DNA of 64,000 nt from an uncultured Oscillospiraceae bacterium (GTDB lineage: Bacteria; Bacillota; Clostridia; Saccharofermentanales; Fastidiosipilaceae): the NCBI GenBank assembly GCA_964345975.1, contig CAYFSS010000003.1:25392-89391 (forward strand). Direction: 5' to 3'. The position numbers and the translations under genes were made by a program. The notes under the pieces were generated by a model, which saw nothing but the letters and a program-made list of their open reading frames with translations, did not search any database and was not told where the DNA came from. Shown piece after piece: positions 1-10,028 of the stretch (the first letter of the stretch is position 1; every line of letters begins with the position of its first letter).

Positions 1-533
1 AAGCTCTTTCACTTGTCGTCCTCAGAGATGGGGAGGAAATTGAACTTGAATCAAAGCCTACAGTGGTCACACAATCCCCATCCCTGGGTGTTTATTTGGA
101 AACCAATCACGACTTCGCTAAGGTGCCGGGTTATTCGTTCCATTACGGTAAGTCGGTCATCGTTTCGACAGCGCAGCTCTTAGGACAGGTATTTACCGGG
201 GGACTACAGATTAAAGATGCATTTAGCGGTCCGGTCGGAATTGTAAGCATGTATTCCGGGATCGTCGCCGGGCAAGGCATCAATTGGGGACTGAAGATCC
301 TACAATGGCTCTCCCTGACCTTCATGATCTCGCTCGCTCTGGGCTTCGGTAATCTCTTGCCGATCCCACCGCTGGATGGTGGCATGTTGGTCTTGGTCGG
401 CATCGAGAAAATTCTGGGACGCCCTATCAATCCACGGATTCAGAATATTCTTCAAATGATTGGCCTTGGGCTATTCCTCTTGCTGGCTATCTATGTTTTA
501 GGCATCGATATCTGGAGGTTGTTGCCGCGATGA
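1..533 (+). CDS. rseP: RseP-type site-2 (M50) zinc metalloprotease, C-terminal part; the 5' end lies upstream of the window
   Basis: The frame is open from base 3 (ALSLVVLRDGEEIELESKPT...) into ORF 63..533. It contains the S2P motif GNLLPIPPLDGG and a terminal TM helix, and sits upstream of ispG-polC. Confidence 0.85.
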   Translation, partial: ALSLVVLRDGEEIELESKPTVVTQSPSLGVYLETNHDFAKVPGYSFHYGKSVIVSTAQLLGQVFTGGLQIKDAFSGPVGIVSMYSGIVAGQGINWGLKILQWLSLTFMISLALGFGNLLPIPPLDGGMLVLVGIEKILGRPINPRIQNILQMIGLGLFLLLAIYVLGIDIWRLLPR

Positions 534-1675
534 CCTGCGGAAACTCTCAGTGGAGTGCAAAGTCTAGGCGACCTTCTCGTAGCCTGAGCTTAGGTGACCT
601 GAGGATTGGCGGAGATGCTCCCGTGGTCGTCCAATCCATGAATACGACAGATACGAGGGACGTTGCTGCAACGGTGGAGCAGATCAAGGAATTGGTGCTT
701 GCCGGTTGTGAATTAACCCGAGTTGCTGTGCCAGATATGGTGGCGGCCGAAGCCCTCGATCAAATCGTTTCTCATTCTCCCATCCCAATTGCCGCAGACA
801 TCCATTTTGATGGAAATCTTGCCCTAAGAGCAATCGATGCAGGGGTCAAGAAGATACGTATCAACCCGGGGAATATGCGCAATAAAGAACTTTTACGAGA
901 GATTGCTCGTCGAAGTCGTTCTGAAGGTGTGTTGATCCGAGTTGGTCTCAATAGTGGATCTGTCCATCGCAGCATGTTGGAGAAGTGCCAAGGAGATCGC
1001 GTCCGAGCGCTTGTTTTATCGTGTTTAGAAGCTCGCGAACTCATGCATTCTGTTGGAGCTCACGATCTGGTCTTATCGGTCAAATCCTCCGATCCTTGGG
1101 AAACCATCGAAGCCTATCGTCAACTGGCGAAAGCCTGCGACGATCCTCTCCATATTGGTGTGACGGAAGCGGGTACAAGCTTCGCCGGAACGATTCGCTC
1201 CGCAGTCGGCTTGGGGACGCTATTGGCGGAAGGCATAGGCGATACCTTGCGAGTATCATTAACGGGGGATCCGGTGGCTGAAATTCCTGTGGCCATTGAG
1301 ATTTTAAGGAGTCTAGGGCTTCGGGTGGGCCCGACATTCATTGCTTGTCCGACGTGTGGCCGAAGCGAAGTCAATCTTGAACCGATCGCAAGAGCTGTGG
1401 AAGATGCCTTGAGACAATTGGATGCCCCCATCACGGTGGCCGTCATGGGTTGCCCGGTGAATGGCCCCGGGGAAGCCCGTCATGCCGACTATGGCCTCGC
1501 CGGTGGTAAGGATCGGTTTATCCTCTTTCGTCGTGGTCGAGTCATTGACCAAGTGCCCGAAGATCACGCCGTTGAGCGCTTACTCAAGTTGATTACGGAT
1601 GATCTATCCACGGACACAAACCTGGATACAACAGATCCTGCATTGGATGCAGCGGAATGGGAGGGTCTTCTTTGA
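530..1675 (+). CDS. ispG: 4-hydroxy-3-methylbut-2-enyl diphosphate synthase (IspG/GcpE)
   Basis: 381-aa ORF with an ATGA stop/start overlap with rseP. Motifs are RIGGDAPVVVQSMNTTDT, plus cluster cysteines in IACPTCGRSE and MGCPVNGPGEA. Confidence 0.95.
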   Translation: MTCGNSQWSAKSRRPSRSLSLGDLRIGGDAPVVVQSMNTTDTRDVAATVEQIKELVLAGCELTRVAVPDMVAAEALDQIVSHSPIPIAADIHFDGNLALRAIDAGVKKIRINPGNMRNKELLREIARRSRSEGVLIRVGLNSGSVHRSMLEKCQGDRVRALVLSCLEARELMHSVGAHDLVLSVKSSDPWETIEAYRQLAKACDDPLHIGVTEAGTSFAGTIRSAVGLGTLLAEGIGDTLRVSLTGDPVAEIPVAIEILRSLGLRVGPTFIACPTCGRSEVNLEPIARAVEDALRQLDAPITVAVMGCPVNGPGEARHADYGLAGGKDRFILFRRGRVIDQVPEDHAVERLLKLITDDLSTDTNLDTTDPALDAAEWEGLL

Positions 1676-4600
1676 GGCAGAGCTATGAGCTCATGGAGTT
1701 TGCTCGCACTTGGTTACATCGTCTGGGAGTCGATGTCGAGACTTGGCATCAAAGCCTTGGCAGGACGAAACAACGCTTTGAAGAAGCTGCACCGGAAGTC
1801 CTTTATACCAAGGTACTCCATCGAAGCAGTAACTTAAGAATTCTCTGTCTCGTTCTCCGTGACGAGCGCACATTAAGTCCGGCTAGCCTTCGAACCTTTG
1901 AGCAAAGTTTTGATTCTTACGTCCCGGGTCTCTACGTTCGAGTTAGCCTTAGTGATGGTGACGATGAAGCGCTTGAATTGGATCGTCAGCGAGAGCTCAT
2001 ACCTTGGATTCAAGAGAGTATTGGAGAACAACTTGATCCGGTCTGTGCTTGTTTCTGGAAGTCATCAGAGCTTGAACGTAAACCTGAAGGATGGTCCGTC
2101 AATCTCCCGCTCGATACGCACGATGTTTGCATCGATCAAATCCGGGAGGTAGCGGCACAAGTCGTCTACGAATTGCTTCAAGACCAAACGCCCTTTAGCA
2201 TAACGATCGATCGCCCGGCCGAGGTAAGTAAGCTCCCGGGTCGCGAGGAACGCTTGAGCGAACTCATGAACGAGACGCTCCCCGAACCTCTTAAACCATT
2301 GCCTGTAGGGCATACAAACAACAATGAAAAGCCCACCCGACGTTCCTACCATAAGGTAGGGCAGGACGGTGTCCTCTGGGGCAGGTTTCCTAAAGACATC
2401 AAAACAATCAAGATTCGTGATTTCGATCTCGAACTTCGCGATGCGATGCTTGAAGGTGAGGTCGCTAACTTAGAGACAAGGGTGGTTCGCCAAGGAGATT
2501 CTCTTCTGGTTAAGTTTTCATTATATAGTCGTGAAGGTTCTATCGATGCGCAATTTTTCATGAAAGTGGATAGAGCTAACGAGATCGAACTCCTCGATAA
2601 GTTTCAAAATGGCGATTTCGTCAAAGTCTTTGCTGAGCCGAAGATCAATTCATTTTCCTTTCGCCAAGAGCTCATGGCAGATGTCAAGGGGATGATGATC
2701 TTACCCCAGCCGGAGCGACGTCGTGATGATGCTCCTAAGAAACGTGTCGAACTCCATTGCCATACCAGTTACAGCCAAAGAGATGCTATGAGCAAGCCCG
2801 CTTCTCTCGTAAGATTAGCGCATGAATTTGGTCATCCTGCCATCGCTATAACTGATCATGGAGTAGTCCAGGCTTTTCCTGAGCTCATCGCCGAACATGA
2901 TCGCTTAAGGCGGTCAGGCGAACCGGTCCCTAAGCTGATCTACGGTATGGAAGGTTATCTTGTAAACGACGGGCCCACGTTTATCTTCGGTAAGGATGAA
3001 GGGTGGGACCTGGGTGATTCCTTTGTTGCCTTCGACCTTGAAACCTCGGGTTTGGATAGTGCTAAGGACCGCATTATTGAAGTCGGTGCGGTCCGATATG
3101 AACGAAATGAAGCAGGACATTTCCGAGAAACCGAAAGTTTCCATGAACTCTGTGATCCGGGATTTACTCCGGAGCCGATCATCTTTGAGCTTACGGGTTT
3201 AAGTGAAATGGATCTCGTGGGAAAGAGAACACCCCATGAGGTCATTCGCGATTTCAAGGATTTCTTGGGCGAAGATCCCATCGTTGCCCATAACGGTCTA
3301 TTTGATTTGGGTTTCCTCCGCCATGAGGGGTTCCGTGTGGATGAGCAGAACGAAGCCCCCATCAAGTTTAACCCCGTTCTCATCGACACGCTTGAGTGGG
3401 CGCGTCTAGCACTTCCCAACGCCGGACGACATCGCCTCCAAGATGTTGCTGAGCATTTCGGTATCCAACAGGATGTCAAACATCGAGCGGTCGAAGATGC
3501 CCGAACCGCAGCCGAGGTCATGTTAGAACTCTGGCGTAATGAGAACGGGCTGGAAGTCCAAGCCATTGAAACCAAATACGGACACCTTCCGCTAAGTGAA
3601 GTCAATTCACAACGAGCCAGATCCTTTCATATCGTTCACTTGGCGAAAACGCGTCTAGGCTTGTATCACCTCTATCATTTGGTTTCCCTGTCTCATATAA
3701 AGTCGTTCTATCATCGCCCGAGAATCTCACGCTCGGACTTGCGTTACTATCAAGCCGGTCTCATCATCGGTGCGGCATGTGAAGCGGGTGAAGTCTTCCG
3801 TGCTGTTTTGTCAGCGTGGCAGAAGCATCAGGGAAATGCTGCACTCGTTGAGCAAAGTTTCAATCATAGAGATTGGTTCGAGCTCCTTAAGCTGTACGAT
3901 TACCTCGAAATTCAGCCAACCATTAACAATCACTTTTTACTGCGCCAAGCGGGAAATTATGTTGATCGGGAAGAAGACCTTGAAGAACTCAATCGCTTGA
4001 TCGTGAAATTGGCAAAGCGATATAAGAAACTCGTGGTTGCGACTTGCGATGCTCATTTTATGCATGCGGAGGATGAAATCTATCGTCGGATGATGTTGAT
4101 CCATCTGGATTTCAGCGATGCCCATCATGAGTTGCCGCTTTACTTTAGAACAACGGAAGAAATGCTCGATGCTTTTGCATACCTCGGGACGGAAACAGCC
4201 TATGAAGTGGTCGTTGAGGCAACCAATAAAATTGCCGATATGGTCGAGCCTGATCTTCGCCCATTTCCGGAAGGTCATTTCCCGCCGATCATTGCATCAG
4301 CACCCGACTCTGTCCGTCGGCTTGTCGAAGAAACCGCCATCGCTGCGTACGGACGAAATTCCGCTGATGACGGACCCGGAGATCAATTGCCCGGCCTCGT
4401 GGCAGATCGAATCGATCGTGAGCTAACATCCATCATCGAGAACGGCTTCGCCATCATGTACTACATCGCACATTTACTGGTGAAGAAATCGAATGAAGAT
4501 GGCTATATCGTAGGGTCCAGAGGTTCTGTCGGATCATCATTGATCGCAACGTTTTGTGGAATCACCGAAGTCAACCCTTTGCCACCGCATTACCGCTGTC

Positions 4601-6204
4601 CCACATGTCATTGGAGTCATTTCGATGAGTCGGGAACCTACGGCTCCGGTTTTGATTTGCCGAGGAAAGCATGTCCAAAATGTGGAGCAGAACTCTTACG
4701 AGACGGCCAAGACATCCCGTTTGAAACTTTCTTGGGGTTCTCAGGTGACAAGCAACCCGACATTGACCTCAATTTCTCCGGTGAATATCAAGCCATTGCT
4801 CATGCCTACACGCGTGAACTCTTCGGCGTTGACTTCACGTATCGAGCCGGAACCATCACAACCTATGCTGAGAAGAACGCCTTGGGGATCGTTCGTTCAT
4901 ACTTGGAGAAGGAGGGTCGGATCGAACGGTTTGCAGAGCAACGTCGACTGGCTGCCGGCATCGATGGTGTGAAGAATTCAACGGGTCAGCACCCCGGAGG
5001 GATTGTCGTCATCCCGGATAACCGTGAAATCTTTGACTTCACGCCTATCCAATATCCTGCCAACGACCAGACAGCTTCCATGTATACGACGCATTTCGAC
5101 TTCCATGCTCTGGAAGAAACGATCCTTAAACTCGACATCTTGGGTCACATTGACCCTACGATGTTGAAAGTGCTGAGCGACTATACCGGCGTCGATGTCA
5201 TGAACATACCGATCCCCGATGAGAAGGTCATGAGTCTCTTTACATCGACTGAGGCTCTCGGCATTCCGGACGGCACTGCGCCGTGGAACACTTCTACCCT
5301 AGGGATTCCTGAATTAGGGACGTTCATGGCCCGTGGCATGGTTGATGAAACGAAGCCCACCAGGTTCTATGATCTAGTCCAGTTGATGGGTTTGTCTCAC
5401 GGGACGGACGTATGGCGTGGGAATGCTCAAGAACTCATTAAAGATGGGACGTGCACGATCGATGAGGTCATCGGTTGCCGAGACTCGATCATGACAAATC
5501 TCATTTACCAAGGTCTGCCCAGTAAGGCTGCCTTCGATATCATGGAACACGTTCGAAAGGGCAAGGGACTCACGGAAGATGAAGAAGCCCTGATGGTCCA
5601 CCACGGCGTCCCGGAGTGGTATATCGAATCTTGTAAGAAAATCAAATACATGTTTCCAAAAGCCCACGCAGCTGCCTATGTTATCTCAAGCCTGCGGATC
5701 GCCTGGTTTAAGGTCTATCACCCGGTATCTTATTACGCAGCTTACTTCACGGTGAGAGCGCGCGAATTCGATGCCGTGAGCATGCTTCAATCCTCCGATC
5801 AGGTGATGGCGGAACTTCGACGCTTACATCAGAACCGAGGACAACTCAAGGATCGGGACCTCAAGGTCTACTATATTTTGGAGTTAGTTGCTGAAATGCA
5901 ACTTCGTGGCATCGAATTCTTGCCGATCGACATCGAACATTCCGATGCTTATTACTTCAGGCCTGAAGGGGAAAATAAAATACGACCTCCGTTTGACTGC
6001 ATCACCGGATTCTCCGGCAATATGGCTCAAGCCTTGGTCGAGGCCCGAGCTCAGGGGGCTTTCCGCAGTAAGTCGGAGCTGGCTGAACGTGCCGGACTGG
6101 GGCAATCATCCATCGACCTTCTCGATGCTTTCCATGTCTTGGACGGCCTGCCGGATTCCCCGCAAATTGACCTGTTTGAATTTCTCGGCGAAGGAGCAGA
6201 GTAA
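1657..6204 (+). CDS. polC: DNA polymerase III alpha subunit, PolC type
   Basis: 1515-aa ORF. It has the PHP motif VELHCHTSYS and exonuclease motifs FVAFDLETSGLD, HNGLFDLGFL and HRAVEDA. It also has the Zn module CPTCHW...CPKCG and the pol core PDIDLNFSG. An alternative in-frame ATG at 1693 lies just after the ispG stop. Confidence 0.97.
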   Translation: MGGSSLRQSYELMEFARTWLHRLGVDVETWHQSLGRTKQRFEEAAPEVLYTKVLHRSSNLRILCLVLRDERTLSPASLRTFEQSFDSYVPGLYVRVSLSDGDDEALELDRQRELIPWIQESIGEQLDPVCACFWKSSELERKPEGWSVNLPLDTHDVCIDQIREVAAQVVYELLQDQTPFSITIDRPAEVSKLPGREERLSELMNETLPEPLKPLPVGHTNNNEKPTRRSYHKVGQDGVLWGRFPKDIKTIKIRDFDLELRDAMLEGEVANLETRVVRQGDSLLVKFSLYSREGSIDAQFFMKVDRANEIELLDKFQNGDFVKVFAEPKINSFSFRQELMADVKGMMILPQPERRRDDAPKKRVELHCHTSYSQRDAMSKPASLVRLAHEFGHPAIAITDHGVVQAFPELIAEHDRLRRSGEPVPKLIYGMEGYLVNDGPTFIFGKDEGWDLGDSFVAFDLETSGLDSAKDRIIEVGAVRYERNEAGHFRETESFHELCDPGFTPEPIIFELTGLSEMDLVGKRTPHEVIRDFKDFLGEDPIVAHNGLFDLGFLRHEGFRVDEQNEAPIKFNPVLIDTLEWARLALPNAGRHRLQDVAEHFGIQQDVKHRAVEDARTAAEVMLELWRNENGLEVQAIETKYGHLPLSEVNSQRARSFHIVHLAKTRLGLYHLYHLVSLSHIKSFYHRPRISRSDLRYYQAGLIIGAACEAGEVFRAVLSAWQKHQGNAALVEQSFNHRDWFELLKLYDYLEIQPTINNHFLLRQAGNYVDREEDLEELNRLIVKLAKRYKKLVVATCDAHFMHAEDEIYRRMMLIHLDFSDAHHELPLYFRTTEEMLDAFAYLGTETAYEVVVEATNKIADMVEPDLRPFPEGHFPPIIASAPDSVRRLVEETAIAAYGRNSADDGPGDQLPGLVADRIDRELTSIIENGFAIMYYIAHLLVKKSNEDGYIVGSRGSVGSSLIATFCGITEVNPLPPHYRCPTCHWSHFDESGTYGSGFDLPRKACPKCGAELLRDGQDIPFETFLGFSGDKQPDIDLNFSGEYQAIAHAYTRELFGVDFTYRAGTITTYAEKNALGIVRSYLEKEGRIERFAEQRRLAAGIDGVKNSTGQHPGGIVVIPDNREIFDFTPIQYPANDQTASMYTTHFDFHALEETILKLDILGHIDPTMLKVLSDYTGVDVMNIPIPDEKVMSLFTSTEALGIPDGTAPWNTSTLGIPELGTFMARGMVDETKPTRFYDLVQLMGLSHGTDVWRGNAQELIKDGTCTIDEVIGCRDSIMTNLIYQGLPSKAAFDIMEHVRKGKGLTEDEEALMVHHGVPEWYIESCKKIKYMFPKAHAAAYVISSLRIAWFKVYHPVSYYAAYFTVRAREFDAVSMLQSSDQVMAELRRLHQNRGQLKDRDLKVYYILELVAEMQLRGIEFLPIDIEHSDAYYFRPEGENKIRPPFDCITGFSGNMAQALVEARAQGAFRSKSELAERAGLGQSSIDLLDAFHVLDGLPDSPQIDLFEFLGEGAE

Positions 6205-8474
6205 TGTCTGCGTATGTTCGGGTTGCTTTACGCAAAAGCACTCCGGCCTTTGACCGTCTCTATACCTATATCGATCCTTTTCATTGTGAGATCGGTCAGA
6301 GAGTGATCCTACCGTTTGGTCGGGGCAACAGAGAAGAACAGGCTTTTGTGGTTGAACGAATGGATGAACCTTGGCTTGCCAATAGCTTGGAACCTCCTGT
6401 GACGCCGGATCCTACAAAGGTAAAAGCATTGAGCGGTAGGATAGAAGACACGGTATGGTTACAGCAGGAACAACTGCAACTCGCAGCTCAGATTAGGCTT
6501 CGTTACAACTGCACCTGGTCTCAAGCCATAGCCCTCATGTTGCCGCCCATGGATTTACCGCAAACGACCCGTGAACAGTACTACTATTTAGTGGATCAGG
6601 ACATGGCCTCTCAATCCCTGGAGGAAGATGAGATCACTAGTGTTGAGCAAATGGCCGTTGTTTCAGTCCTCCAAGACTATGAAGGCGCTCTGCAACGTTC
6701 TGAATTGATGGCTGCTGCGAATGTCAGCGACTCACCGCTTCGCACTTTGAAGTCCAAAGGAATCGTAGCGTCTTGTGGGAAGAACCAATTGCCGAAACAC
6801 CTCAAAACGTTAGTGATAGAAGATCAAAACAAACTTCCCACATGGGATGAAATTCCTGAGATCTATAAAGAACGCAAGGTCTTAAACCGGGAACAAGAGG
6901 CTGCCTTGGAGACGATCTTGGCTTCCGAGGGAGAATACCTCTTACATGGTGTTACCGGTTCGGGTAAGACGGAAGTTTATCTTGCCTATGCAGAGGAAGT
7001 CATCGCCCGAGGTGGAAGACTCATCGTGTTAGTCCCGGAGATTGCTCTTACGTCTCAGATGATTCAACGCTTTGTCGCTCATTTTGGACAGCGAATCGCG
7101 CTTTGGCATTCACGACTCAATCCGCGTGAAAGACAAACGGAGTGGGGAAGAATCCGGAGCGGAGAGGTCGACATCGTCTTAGGCGCTCGCTCAGCCGTCT
7201 TCATGCCGGTACCCAACCTGCAAGCGATCATCTTGGATGAAGCGCATGAACCGGCATTCGCTTCGGAACAAACGCCGCGTTATCATGCTGCTTCGATTGC
7301 TCGACTACGGCTAAAGCAAGGAACAGTAATTTTAGGATCCGCAACGCCCTCGGCAGAAGACTATGCCCGGAGTTTGACCGGTAAGAGTCAGCGCTTAATC
7401 TTGGAGGAAAGAGCAGGCGGCGCTACCGGACCCATGATTAGGACAATCGATCTAAAGCGCTATATCCCGAACATCTATGCGGATTTTATAAGCCCTCCGT
7501 TACTCAGCGCGCTTCAGGCTTGTTTTGAGCGTGGCGAGCAGGCCATGCTCTTTCTCAATCGCAGGGGGTATGCATCCGCATATCTGTGTGAGTCTTGCGG
7601 TGAGCAAATAAGTTGCCCGCGTTGTAGCGTCCACTTAAATTACCATCGCTCTGAACAGCGCATGGTCTGCCATTATTGTGGCTTGATGCTTCATCCACCA
7701 CAGGAGTGTCCCTCCTGTGGTGAGCCATCGTTGCGTCTGATGGGATACGGGACCCAACAAATCTATGAGCGCTGTAGAGAACTGTTCCCTGAGATTACCA
7801 TCGCGCGGATGGATCAGGACTCGACACGTCATCGCAAAGCCCACGAAGAAATCTTGCATGCCTTTCGGAACGAAGAGATTAGACTCCTAATTGGTACCCA
7901 GATGATCGCGAAAGGTCATGACTTCCCTAAGCTCACCGTCGTAGGGATCCTCGGGGTGGATCAGATGTTGAATTTGGGGACCTTTAGAGCTGAAGAAAGA
8001 GCTTATCAGCTCATTATGCAGGCGGCAGGACGGGCCGGTCGAGCGGATCGTCCGGGGGAGGTTTTTGTTCAAGCTTATGATATTGGGCATCCTGTTGTTC
8101 AAGAAGCAGCGCAAGGATCGTTTGAGCAGTTTATGGCGAAAGAGCTTGCTTGGCGGGAAATGATGCAGTATCCGCCCTATGGTGCAATTGGTCGAGTTCA
8201 CTTAAGTGGTCTTCAGGAAAGCCCCGTCGCTCAAGCTGCGAGATCGATCTACCATTTATGGAAGTCCATCAAATTACCGGATGAGTATGCAGGGCAGGCT
8301 CCTGTTTTGATGGAACCCGGACCGGCACCTATCACCATGATCAAACATCGCTATCGCTATTTATTGACGCTCAAGGCACCCGGTGAATATCTGGTGGCTC
8401 GATTCTTGAAGCTCGCAATCCAGACACATCAAGACCATGATGTTCGTCTTACCGTGGAACTTGACCCGGCGTAG
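6204..8474 (+). CDS. priA: Primosomal replication-restart helicase PriA
   Basis: 756-aa ORF with a TAATG overlap with polC. It has Walker A GVTGSGKTEVY, the DEAH box LDEAHE, and the Cys-rich Zn region CESCGEQISCPRCS...CHYCG...CPSCG. Confidence 0.95.
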   Translation: MSAYVRVALRKSTPAFDRLYTYIDPFHCEIGQRVILPFGRGNREEQAFVVERMDEPWLANSLEPPVTPDPTKVKALSGRIEDTVWLQQEQLQLAAQIRLRYNCTWSQAIALMLPPMDLPQTTREQYYYLVDQDMASQSLEEDEITSVEQMAVVSVLQDYEGALQRSELMAAANVSDSPLRTLKSKGIVASCGKNQLPKHLKTLVIEDQNKLPTWDEIPEIYKERKVLNREQEAALETILASEGEYLLHGVTGSGKTEVYLAYAEEVIARGGRLIVLVPEIALTSQMIQRFVAHFGQRIALWHSRLNPRERQTEWGRIRSGEVDIVLGARSAVFMPVPNLQAIILDEAHEPAFASEQTPRYHAASIARLRLKQGTVILGSATPSAEDYARSLTGKSQRLILEERAGGATGPMIRTIDLKRYIPNIYADFISPPLLSALQACFERGEQAMLFLNRRGYASAYLCESCGEQISCPRCSVHLNYHRSEQRMVCHYCGLMLHPPQECPSCGEPSLRLMGYGTQQIYERCRELFPEITIARMDQDSTRHRKAHEEILHAFRNEEIRLLIGTQMIAKGHDFPKLTVVGILGVDQMLNLGTFRAEERAYQLIMQAAGRAGRADRPGEVFVQAYDIGHPVVQEAAQGSFEQFMAKELAWREMMQYPPYGAIGRVHLSGLQESPVAQAARSIYHLWKSIKLPDEYAGQAPVLMEPGPAPITMIKHRYRYLLTLKAPGEYLVARFLKLAIQTHQDHDVRLTVELDPA

Positions 8475-8581
8475 TTCCTCAGCAAGCTGAGCTTGATTGC
8501 TGCGAATTCAGTTATTGTTAAAGCCGTGAAGGCCAAAATGCGCTAAACTCATTCATTCAGACCTTTAGAAAGGACGATTGT

Positions 8582-9070
8582 ATGGCTATTAGAAACATCA
8601 TTAAAGATGGTGATCCTCGTCTGCGTAAAGTCGCACGTGAGGTGACAGATTTCGGCGAACGAACCCAGATGATCGTCGATGATCTTATCGATACACTCTA
8701 CGAAAACGGCAACGGTATTGGCTTGGCAGCCAATCAGATCGGTGTTTTGCGCCGCATCTTTGTCATCGATTTGCAAGATGAAGACGGACTAAGAGTTTTC
8801 ATAAATCCTGAGATCTACGAGCGAAGCGGTGAGCAAATTGGGCAAGAAGGATGCCTTAGTATCCCTGAGTACTGGGGCTTCGTTGAGCGCCCTGAGATGC
8901 TCAAAGTCCGAGCGCAAGATAGAGATGGTAAGACCTTTGAGCTCGAAGCTGAGGATCTTCTGGCAGTATGTATCTGCCATGAGAACGATCATCTCGATGG
9001 TGTGTTGTTCAAGGATAGAGTGATCCCGGAAGAAGAATTGCCGGAGGAGTTTCGTGAAGATGAAGCCTAG
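8582..9070 (+). CDS. def: Peptide deformylase
   Basis: The three PDF motifs GIGLAANQIG, EGCLSIP and HENDHLDG are present. RBS GAAAGGA lies upstream. Confidence 0.97.
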   Translation: MAIRNIIKDGDPRLRKVAREVTDFGERTQMIVDDLIDTLYENGNGIGLAANQIGVLRRIFVIDLQDEDGLRVFINPEIYERSGEQIGQEGCLSIPEYWGFVERPEMLKVRAQDRDGKTFELEAEDLLAVCICHENDHLDGVLFKDRVIPEEELPEEFREDEA

Positions 9071-10028
9071 ACCAAGGCGCATCATCTATATGGGGACCCC
9101 TGATTTTGCTGTCCCTCCGCTTGAAGCCCTCATCCATTCCTCAAGGTATCGCCCGCTAGCAGTCGTTACACGAAAAGATAAAGCGTCAGGTCGTGGTCAC
9201 AAGCTCCAAAAGCCCCCCGTCAAACTCACAGCTGAGCAAGCCAACATCCCTGTTCTCCAGCCGATCGCCTTGAAACGCGGCAAGCTGGCATCGCTCTTAG
9301 CATCCTATGAACCTGAACTGATCATTACTGCAGCGTACGGACGTATTCTTCCGGACGATGTGCTGGATCTACCGGGCTATGGTTGCATCAACATCCATGC
9401 ATCCCTCTTACCGAAGTACCGAGGCGCAAGTCCCATCCATGCAGCTATTTTGGAAGGTGATGATACGGCCGGTGTGACGTTTATGCAGATGAGTCAGGGC
9501 ATGGACGAAGGAGATATCCTGGAACAAGTTCATGTTCCCTTAACGCCGAAACACACTGCCGAACAACTTTTTAATGAGCTCAGTGAATTGTCTGCAATGG
9601 CTCTCATCCCTTTCTTAGATAGATTCTTTGCAGGGGAGATTACGCCTGTCCCGCAAGACCATCAAGCAGCAACGTATGTCACAACGTTGACGAGAGATGA
9701 TGGCGCATTGAATTTTGCCATGACAACCGATGAGGTCGATCGCCAGGTTCGAGGCCTTTATTCATGGCCGGGTGCCTTTGCCTTCTACAAAGGAAAGAGG
9801 CTAAAAGTACTGAGTGGCGAACCCCTTGGAACGGATGAAATCTCCGACTTCTACGAAGCTAAACCCGGTGCCATCGTCATGAACAAAGGGCGATTTGTTG
9901 TCAAAACAGGGGACGGTTTCTATGAAATTCTACGCTATCAGCCCGCCGGATCCAGGATCCTTGAGGCGGCAGAAGGTGCCCATAATCTGGAATTAAGTGA
10001 GATATTGAGAGAAAGTCCTGAAGCATGA
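9054..10028 (+). CDS. fmt: Methionyl-tRNA formyltransferase
   Basis: N-terminus IIYMGTPDFAVPPL and motif HASLLPKYRGASPI. The start is GTG 9054 or ATG 9060, after GGAGGAG at 9043-9049. It overlaps the def stop. Confidence 0.95.
   Translation: MKMKPRPRRIIYMGTPDFAVPPLEALIHSSRYRPLAVVTRKDKASGRGHKLQKPPVKLTAEQANIPVLQPIALKRGKLASLLASYEPELIITAAYGRILPDDVLDLPGYGCINIHASLLPKYRGASPIHAAILEGDDTAGVTFMQMSQGMDEGDILEQVHVPLTPKHTAEQLFNELSELSAMALIPFLDRFFAGEITPVPQDHQAATYVTTLTRDDGALNFAMTTDEVDRQVRGLYSWPGAFAFYKGKRLKVLSGEPLGTDEISDFYEAKPGAIVMNKGRFVVKTGDGFYEILRYQPAGSRILEAAEGAHNLELSEILRESPEA

Noticed and set aside
1657-6204. An intein, frameshift or fusion to explain the 1515-aa length of PolC.
   Set aside because: All PolC modules appear once, in canonical order, and in a single frame. 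The modest excess length is spread across the N-terminal region and linker segments.
8478-8491. The hairpin CTCAGC-AA-GCTGAG after priA as a terminator.
   Set aside because: A 2-nt loop is sterically implausible, and no T-tract follows.
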